This document shows, one piece after another, positions 58,279 through 64,000 of a stretch of DNA of 64,000 nt (positions are counted from its first letter, which is position 1; each line of letters begins with the position of its first letter). The notes under the pieces were generated by a model that saw only the letters and a list, made by a program, of their open reading frames with translations, was not told the DNA's origin and ran no database searches. This DNA comes from an uncultured Planctomycetia bacterium. Lineage in GTDB: Bacteria; Omnitrophota; Gorgyraeia; Duberdicusellales; Duberdicusellaceae. Location: assembly GCA_964634935.1 (NCBI GenBank), contig CAZWJT010000006.1, positions 74,189 to 138,188 of the forward strand, in the 5' to 3' direction. The translations under genes were made by a program, and so were the position numbers.

Positions 58279-58842
58279 ATGGATAAGAAAAAGATTGAAC
58301 GGGCAACCAGATTGCTCTTGGAGGCCTTGGGTGTGGATCTTGGGGCGGAGGATATTCAAAGAACGCCACGGCGGGTTGCCCAGATGTACAGCGAAATTCT
58401 TGAAGGTAGCACCAAAGATCCTGGGCAGGCACTTGAGACGACCTTGGCGCAGGAACACGATGAGATTATTCTCGTCAAGGATATCCCGTTGTATTCTCTT
58501 TGTGAGCATCATTTGCTTCCGTTTCTCGGAAGGGCCCACGTTGCCTATATTCCCGACAAACGAATAACCGGATTAAGTAAGCTTGCGCGGGTTGTCGAAG
58601 TATTAAGCCGGCGTTTGCAGGTACAGGAACGCTTGACTACTCAGATCGCCGATATTATTATGAAAAAATTACGGCCAAAAGGCGTTATGGTAATACTTGA
58701 AGCTGAACATCTCTGTATGGTGATGCGGGGAGTGCGTAAACCCGGTTCTATGACCATGACTTCTGTCGTTCGGGGCGTTTTCCGTTCGCACTCAAAGACA
58801 CGCCAGGAAGCATTAAGTCTTATTTTTTCTTCGCGCTCCTAG
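58279..58842 (+). CDS. folE: GTP cyclohydrolase I
   Basis: RTPRRVAQMYSEIL...SLCEHHLLPF...; RBS AGAGGAGG before ATG 58279. Confidence 0.9.
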   Translation: MDKKKIERATRLLLEALGVDLGAEDIQRTPRRVAQMYSEILEGSTKDPGQALETTLAQEHDEIILVKDIPLYSLCEHHLLPFLGRAHVAYIPDKRITGLSKLARVVEVLSRRLQVQERLTTQIADIIMKKLRPKGVMVILEAEHLCMVMRGVRKPGSMTMTSVVRGVFRSHSKTRQEALSLIFSSRS

Positions 58843-58869
58843 GCGGCCACCTGGAAAGCATGTTTCTCG

Positions 58870-60828
58870 ATGGTTGATTATCAGAAAGATTTAAATCAGG
58901 GTCAGCATGAGGTTGTTACCCGGGCCGATGGGCCAGTCCTTGTTCTTGCTGGCGCTGGGTCGGGGAAGACCAGGGTGCTTGTGTATCGGCTTGCCTATCT
59001 TTTAGATCAGGGGGTTTCTCCCCGTAACATTATGCTCGCGACATTCACGAACAAGGCGGCACGAGAAATGACTACGCGGGCAGAAATTTTGTTGCGCAAA
59101 GATTTGAAATCCCTGTGGTCGGGAACCTTTCACCACATCGGACACATGATATTACGCCGTGAGGCAGAGCGGATTGGATTAAGCCAACACTTTACCATTA
59201 TCGATGTTGAAGACGCATGCGCGCTCATCGATGATTGTATTGAAGAACTTGGCTTCCACAAGCACGGAAAGCTTTTCCCAAAGAAAGATTTAATTGGAAC
59301 AATTTGGTCATTGGCAGTAAACGCTCAGAAAAATACCGAGCAGATCATCAACGAATTCTATCCGCATACGCAGGAATACGCTGAGGAGATAAAAAAAATC
59401 CTCACGCTTTTTGTCCGGAAGAAAAAAGAGGCTCAACTTGTAGATTTCAATGATTTGCTCCTTTTATGGCTGGAACTTCTGAGAAATGATGAAGTATGCG
59501 AGAAGTATTCTTCAGGTTTTCAGTATATCCTTGTAGATGAATACCAGGATACCAACAGGCTGCAGTTTGAAATTTTGGTTCGACTTTCTTCAATACACCG
59601 AAACATTCTTGTTGTTGGAGATGATGCCCAGTCAATTTATTCTTTCCGAGCCGCTGAAGTGCGCAACATCCTGGACTTTCCTAAAATTTTTCCCGATGCC
59701 AAAGTATTCAAGTTAGAGGTAAACTACCGCAGTTCTCCGGAAATCCTGGAGCTGGCGAACCAGATTATTCGGAATAATCAAGAACAATTTCCCAAAGAAC
59801 TCAAGGCTATCAAACCTTCGGCTTCCGTGCCCTTGGTAGTTACAACAAAAGATGTATACCACCAAGCAGAATTTGTAGCAAAAACGATCATAGAATTCAT
59901 TCGTGAGGATGCAAAGCTTAGTGATATTGCTGTTTTATTTCGTTCGCGTTTCCAGGCGCTTGAGCTTGAAATGGAACTCATCAAGCGGAATATCCCCTAT
60001 ATCATCCGTGGTGGGGTACGCTTCTTTGAGCAGGCTCATATTAAAGACACAATTGCCTTCCTCCGGATACTTACAAACCCTCAGGACGAAATCTCCTTTA
60101 AGCGGGCTCTTTGTCTCTATGAGTCTATCGGCCGGGGATACGCGGCAAAGATTTGGGGGCATATCGTAAAAGATAAGAAAAATTTTCAAGACATCTGCAA
60201 TATACTTCCTCAACGGCAACGGAAAGGCTTTGGCGAGTTTTACCAGCTTGTGAGTCTTATTAAAAAGAAGGAGAATCCGCAAGAAGCTCTCTCAGAAATC
60301 ATTTCTTTCTACAAGGAATACTGTTATGTGACTTTCGAAAACCCTGATGACCGGCTGGCTGATTTAGCGGAACTTGAGAAAATGGCCGGAAAGTATCCAA
60401 GTACACGGAGTTTTCTGGATGATATCGGTTCCTATGAAGAATTCAAGGGAGAAAGTGTCGTTGGATATTCTGAGCGAGAAGACATGCTTGTTCTTTCGAC
60501 GATACACCAGGCGAAAGGCCTTGAGTGGGAATCAGTATTTCTAATCGGATTTTCCGAGTACGATTTTCCTCATCCCAAATCATTGAAGAACAAGCAATCT
60601 TATGAAGAAGAAAGACGGTTATTCTATGTCGCAGCAACCCGGGCAAAGAAACACTTTTCCATTGTGTATCCGGCACGGAAATATACCCCGCGCGAAGGGG
60701 CTATTCTGGCGCGGCCATCGCCTTTCTTAAAAGAACTGTCATCCCACGCAGTGCACGAATTGTGTTTGTATGATTACGAAACTTCTTCTTTAGAGTCTTC
60801 GGTGGCCGACGATGATTTTTTTATATAA
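58870..60828 (+). CDS. UvrD/PcrA/Rep-family ATP-dependent DNA helicase
   Basis: LNQGQHEVV...VLAGAGSGKTRVLVYRLAYLL...; downstream helicase motifs. Confidence 0.85.
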   Translation: MVDYQKDLNQGQHEVVTRADGPVLVLAGAGSGKTRVLVYRLAYLLDQGVSPRNIMLATFTNKAAREMTTRAEILLRKDLKSLWSGTFHHIGHMILRREAERIGLSQHFTIIDVEDACALIDDCIEELGFHKHGKLFPKKDLIGTIWSLAVNAQKNTEQIINEFYPHTQEYAEEIKKILTLFVRKKKEAQLVDFNDLLLLWLELLRNDEVCEKYSSGFQYILVDEYQDTNRLQFEILVRLSSIHRNILVVGDDAQSIYSFRAAEVRNILDFPKIFPDAKVFKLEVNYRSSPEILELANQIIRNNQEQFPKELKAIKPSASVPLVVTTKDVYHQAEFVAKTIIEFIREDAKLSDIAVLFRSRFQALELEMELIKRNIPYIIRGGVRFFEQAHIKDTIAFLRILTNPQDEISFKRALCLYESIGRGYAAKIWGHIVKDKKNFQDICNILPQRQRKGFGEFYQLVSLIKKKENPQEALSEIISFYKEYCYVTFENPDDRLADLAELEKMAGKYPSTRSFLDDIGSYEEFKGESVVGYSEREDMLVLSTIHQAKGLEWESVFLIGFSEYDFPHPKSLKNKQSYEEERRLFYVAATRAKKHFSIVYPARKYTPREGAILARPSPFLKELSSHAVHELCLYDYETSSLESSVADDDFFI

Positions 60829-60839
60829 CTTCACTTATC

Positions 60840-61160
60840 CTAGGTGCCGTGGTATTGGCTAAAATTCGGATGCCCAGCCCTTACTCCTACTACTTTGCCA
60901 TCTTCAAAGAGCACGTAAATTGCTACAAGCGGGTGTTTATCGGGGTATTGGGAGATTTGGGCGTAATACCAAATATCAACCCCATTCTCAGTAAAAGCCT
61001 TGGTTGGCATACCTATTTTTGAGAATACTTCAGCTTTGTTCATTCGAAACATACTATAATCGAGCTTACCGGTGAAGCTGTTCGTATCCGCGTAAATAGC
61101 CCCAGCGAATACGCTCAGTAAAAGAACAAAAAAACATACCGTCGTTCCTATTGTTTTCAT
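60840..61160 (-). CDS. Small secreted hypothetical protein
   Basis: Signal peptide MKTIGTTVCFFVLLLSVFAGAIYA; 106 aa; convergent with the helicase gene. Confidence 0.5.
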   Translation of the reverse strand: MKTIGTTVCFFVLLLSVFAGAIYADTNSFTGKLDYSMFRMNKAEVFSKIGMPTKAFTENGVDIWYYAQISQYPDKHPLVAIYVLFEDGKVVGVRAGHPNFSQYHGT

Positions 61161-61408
61161 TTTTTCCTCCTTCTTTAGTCACTTCCTATTTTAAGAGTAG
61201 CATATAACAAAGTATTTTTTCAAGGGCAGGGGGGGGGTCATTATTCAACAAAAACAGGAAAACCCGAGATGCTTATTCTTTTTTTCCACCTGGACGTATG
61301 GAAACATTCTCATGAAAAGGTATATTTTTATTGAAAAACAAGCGTAAAGCGGTACAATTGCTATAAGGTGGATAAAATTCCGGGATATTTAAACGATAGG
61401 GGGGGTGC

Positions 61409-61837
61409 ATGCTGATTAAAGATATTATGACAAAGAACGTGATCACCGTTTCACCTGATGCGTCGTTGAAAGAGGTGGGAACCATTTTGAAAGAAAAACG
61501 CATCAGTGGCATTCCGGTTGTCGATCAAAAGGGATGTATTGTCGGAATAGTGACGTTAACGGATATGCTTAAGATTTTAGACCATATCTATCAGTGGAAA
61601 GAATTAGAGCGCAAAGAACCAACGCTAAAACTCAGTGAAGTTTTTACCCAGGAGAAACTGAATGCGAAGGCGAGAGATGTGATGACAAAAGATGTCGTGA
61701 CGCTTGAAGAAAACAGCTCTATCGATGATGTGATGCGGGTTATGTTCGATAAAAAAATACACACGATTCCAATTACGAGTGATGGTAAGTTAGTCGGTGT
61801 TATCGGAAAGCGGGATCTTGTTTATCTGAGTTTCTAG
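61409..61837 (+). CDS. CBS-domain pair protein
   Basis: IMTKNVITVSPDASLKEV...GIPVVD and VMTKDVVTLEENSSIDDV...IPI. Confidence 0.8.
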   Translation: MLIKDIMTKNVITVSPDASLKEVGTILKEKRISGIPVVDQKGCIVGIVTLTDMLKILDHIYQWKELERKEPTLKLSEVFTQEKLNAKARDVMTKDVVTLEENSSIDDVMRVMFDKKIHTIPITSDGKLVGVIGKRDLVYLSF

Positions 61838-61847
61838 CAAACTGAAG

Positions 61848-62240
61848 GTGGGTATGCACGAGAGAAGAAAATTTTGGGAATTACGGACTGCTGTAAAGTT
61901 ATTCAAGGTATTGCTCTCGATCATTAGTATTTGTACCTTAATCGGGTGTTGGGTTTCCATCCACATCGTCAGTCAGCTGCAGTCTTCGCTTTTGCTCGGT
62001 GTGCAATTTCTGATTGCCCAATTTGTTTTCGCCATCGCTATTTTTACGGCACTCGGAGCGATTGTTCTTTTGATTCATCGTTCCTTAGGTCCCCTTCCCC
62101 GCCTGGAAGACATCCTGGAACAAATCAGAAACGGCAACTATTCTTTGCGTATGCGGATACGCAAGAAGGATTTTCTGGTGTCTTTTGTCGAGAAACTGAA
62201 TGCAGTTCTTGATATTCTTGAAGAAAAAGCAAAGAAGTGA
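61848..62240 (+). CDS. Small membrane protein
   Basis: Two predicted TM helices. Confidence 0.45.
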   Translation: MGMHERRKFWELRTAVKLFKVLLSIISICTLIGCWVSIHIVSQLQSSLLLGVQFLIAQFVFAIAIFTALGAIVLLIHRSLGPLPRLEDILEQIRNGNYSLRMRIRKKDFLVSFVEKLNAVLDILEEKAKK

Positions 62241-62279
62241 TTTCTCCAAACTTTTTTGTAGTTTTATTCTTCCGAAAGC

Positions 62280-62651
62280 ATGCAGTCGATAGCCTTTACG
62301 AAGAAACTTTCTCATAGAATAATTTCATATCAATGGGTTATTGGGTTGTTCCCTTTATTCTTTTTATTGGTGAGCGGGTGTTCTGAAGAGAAAAGATACA
62401 TGTATGACTCATTTCAGCAACAGGAAGTCGTCAAACAGGCGCAAAGCGCCGCGCAAGATAAAGCGAAAGAACTTTTGAAGCAGCAGGAGCTTGAAAAACA
62501 AAGGGCGCAATATTTTCGAGATATGAAGGATAGGCAGGAACAAGCGTATCAGCGTCAAGAGCGCGAAGTCCGCGAGTACCTGGAAAAGCTTGAAGCTGAG
62601 AAAGTGCAAGAAGGGGAATGTCCTTTTTGTGATCAAAAGAAAGGAGATTAG
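62280..62651 (+). CDS. Putative lipoprotein with charged coiled-coil
   Basis: LFFLLVSGCSEE lipobox-like; Q/E/K-rich. Confidence 0.45.
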   Translation: MQSIAFTKKLSHRIISYQWVIGLFPLFFLLVSGCSEEKRYMYDSFQQQEVVKQAQSAAQDKAKELLKQQELEKQRAQYFRDMKDRQEQAYQRQEREVREYLEKLEAEKVQEGECPFCDQKKGD

Positions 62652-62653
62652 CA

Positions 62654-63109
62654 ATGAGAAAGAGCTTGGTAGCAGCGTGCAGTATTTTTTTATTCGCCCT
62701 GGCAGGATGTCAAACTACCAGTACCACGAGAACTGGTGAAGGCGCGTTGATAGGAGGCCTTTTGGGTGCGGCGGCGGGGGGCATTGTCGGTCATCAGAGT
62801 AATCATGGGGCAGAAGGTGCGGCAATTGGTGCTGCGGCCGGCGCTTTAACCGGAGCTCTGGTCGGTAGTCAAATCAAGAAAACTGAAGCCTCGACAGCAG
62901 GGCAAACCACAAATGTTTCTTCGAATAACAATCAAATGTCACTGCAGCAAATAGCCGATCTCTCAAAGCAGGGTATCAACGAGAACGTTATTATTGACAG
63001 AATATACCTTACTAATTCCAAGTTTTCGCTGACGCCCGCAGACATAGAATATTTGCAGAAGGAAGGGGTAAGTCCAAAAGTGATTGAAGCGATGCAGGGA
63101 GCCCGTTAG
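62654..63109 (+). CDS. Glycine-zipper lipoprotein
   Basis: LFALAGCQT lipobox; GALIGGLLGAAAGGIVG...GAAIGAAAGALTGALVG. Confidence 0.6.
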   Translation: MRKSLVAACSIFLFALAGCQTTSTTRTGEGALIGGLLGAAAGGIVGHQSNHGAEGAAIGAAAGALTGALVGSQIKKTEASTAGQTTNVSSNNNQMSLQQIADLSKQGINENVIIDRIYLTNSKFSLTPADIEYLQKEGVSPKVIEAMQGAR

Positions 63110-63144
63110 GAGCATTTCTTGTTTTTCCCAAGATTTAATTTGAT

Positions 63145-63411
63145 GTGATGACCTCTTCTACACAGAAAGTAATTGCGCGAGAAGGACTTTGCATCGTTGG
63201 AATTCTTGCAGTATCTCTTTTTTGTGTTGTTTTTGGGGAAATAGGACGGCATATTTTTAAAAGCGACACAACGATTCGATTTATCCTTGCAAATGTCGAA
63301 GTGTTCGGTCTTCTTCTTTTTCTTTGTGGTTGTCCCGTGTACCTTATCGTTCGTTTTACGTTCTGGGCCTTGAAGATTCTTGCTCGGGAAGAACCTGCCT
63401 CTAGAGCATAG
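63145..63411 (+). CDS. Small membrane protein
   Basis: Two hydrophobic helices; 88 aa. Confidence 0.4.
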   Translation: MMTSSTQKVIAREGLCIVGILAVSLFCVVFGEIGRHIFKSDTTIRFILANVEVFGLLLFLCGCPVYLIVRFTFWALKILAREEPASRA

Positions 63412-63453
63412 GCCGATTATCTATTTTCCATATCCTGTAAAAGGATTGCCGGG

Positions 63454-64000
63454 ATGCTTACAAAAGTACTTTCTGCGCTCAATCTTGGACTCGATGTTCA
63501 AATCGTCGAGGTGGAAGTGGATATCCGCAGGGGGTTCCCTAAAGTAGTGCTTGTTGGTCTTCCTGATACAGCAGTAAAAGAAAGCAAAGAACGAGTCGAA
63601 ACCGCTATCCGTAACTCCAACTTTTCTTTCCCAAATAATACGGTTACTATTAATTTTGCTCCAGCAAACATTAAGAAAGAAGGGGTATTTTTTGATTTAC
63701 CGGTAGCAATAGGAATCCTTGCTTCATCGGCACAAATCAAAAAGGAACAGCTTCAGGAATTCGTCTTTCTCGGTGAGCTCTCCCTGGAAGGAAATATCCG
63801 CAAGGTGAGCGCTGTTTTACCGATTATTGCGGAATTGAAGAAACACAAGATAAGCAAAGTTGTTGTACCATTTGAGAATGCCCGAGAAGCAGCCTTGGTA
63901 GACGGTATCAGGGTTTACCCGTTGAAAAACCTTCTCGAAGCAGCAGCATTTCTCAACGGTGAAATATCGCCGATGCCATTTCCTTCTCAAAAAGAGTTTT
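63454..64000 (+). CDS. YifB/ComM-family Mg-chelatase-like AAA+ protein, N-terminal part (runs off the window)
   Basis: MLTKVLSALNLGLDVQIVEVEVDIRRGFPKVVLVGLPDTAVKESKERVETAIRNS...LPVAIGILAS resembles the ChlI/ComM N-terminal Lon-like domain; frame 1 stays open to 64000. Confidence 0.7.
   Translation, partial: MLTKVLSALNLGLDVQIVEVEVDIRRGFPKVVLVGLPDTAVKESKERVETAIRNSNFSFPNNTVTINFAPANIKKEGVFFDLPVAIGILASSAQIKKEQLQEFVFLGELSLEGNIRKVSAVLPIIAELKKHKISKVVVPFENAREAALVDGIRVYPLKNLLEAAAFLNGEISPMPFPSQKEF

Noticed and set aside
1-64000. Defence islands (restriction-modification, toxin-antitoxin, CBASS, Cas) as the hidden system
   Set aside because: No methyltransferase, restriction, Cas, CD-NTase-sized or toxin-like ORFs were recognised. 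The only NTase is the minimal one embedded in the giant ORF.

Overview
This 64-kb window looks like a gene-dense, diderm, anaerobic bacterial chromosome of roughly 45% GC, almost entirely + strand, using the standard genetic code (TGA, TAA and TAG all terminate neighbouring genes). The lineage is probably uncultivated, and a candidate phylum such as Omnitrophota is only a guess.

The stand-out feature is bases 1-7598: one uninterrupted reading frame that is still open at the window edge. From its first possible start (GTG at 180) it encodes a mosaic protein of at least 2472 aa. Read by eye it carries an HD-GYP-like phosphohydrolase, a minimal nucleotidyltransferase, two tandem LOG/SLOG Rossmann domains, transmembrane helix clusters, a CheB-type methylesterase domain with an intact Ser-His-Asp triad, three to four XRE-type HTH modules and a sigma-70 region 2-3-4 module. 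An alpha/beta hydrolase gene and a PilZ (c-di-GMP receptor) gene follow it directly. This is the candidate novel system.

The rest of the window is:
- a carbohydrate-utilisation locus at about 8.8-24.9 kb (ABC sugar transporter, two paralogous TIM-barrel glycosidase-like genes, a tandem-repeat CBM-like protein, a large outer-membrane beta-barrel, ROK and LacI regulators);
- B12-dependent ribonucleotide reductase nrdJ with an NrdR-box-like palindrome upstream;
- a four-subunit pyruvate:ferredoxin oxidoreductase operon plus ferredoxin;
- ppiD (- strand), hisG, split transketolase, ispE, a SpoVG carrying an inserted zinc ribbon, and tRNA-Gln(UUG);
- glmU-prs-rplY(ctc)-pth, rpsF-ssb-rpsR-rplI-dnaB, and the envelope cluster bamA-skp-lpxD-lpxC/fabZ-lpxA-lpxI;
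- an EF-G paralogue, a P-loop-less YchF-like protein, purH, folC, mnmE, folE, a UvrD/PcrA helicase, and small membrane and lipoprotein genes.

No CRISPR array, transposase, integrase or rRNA was seen.
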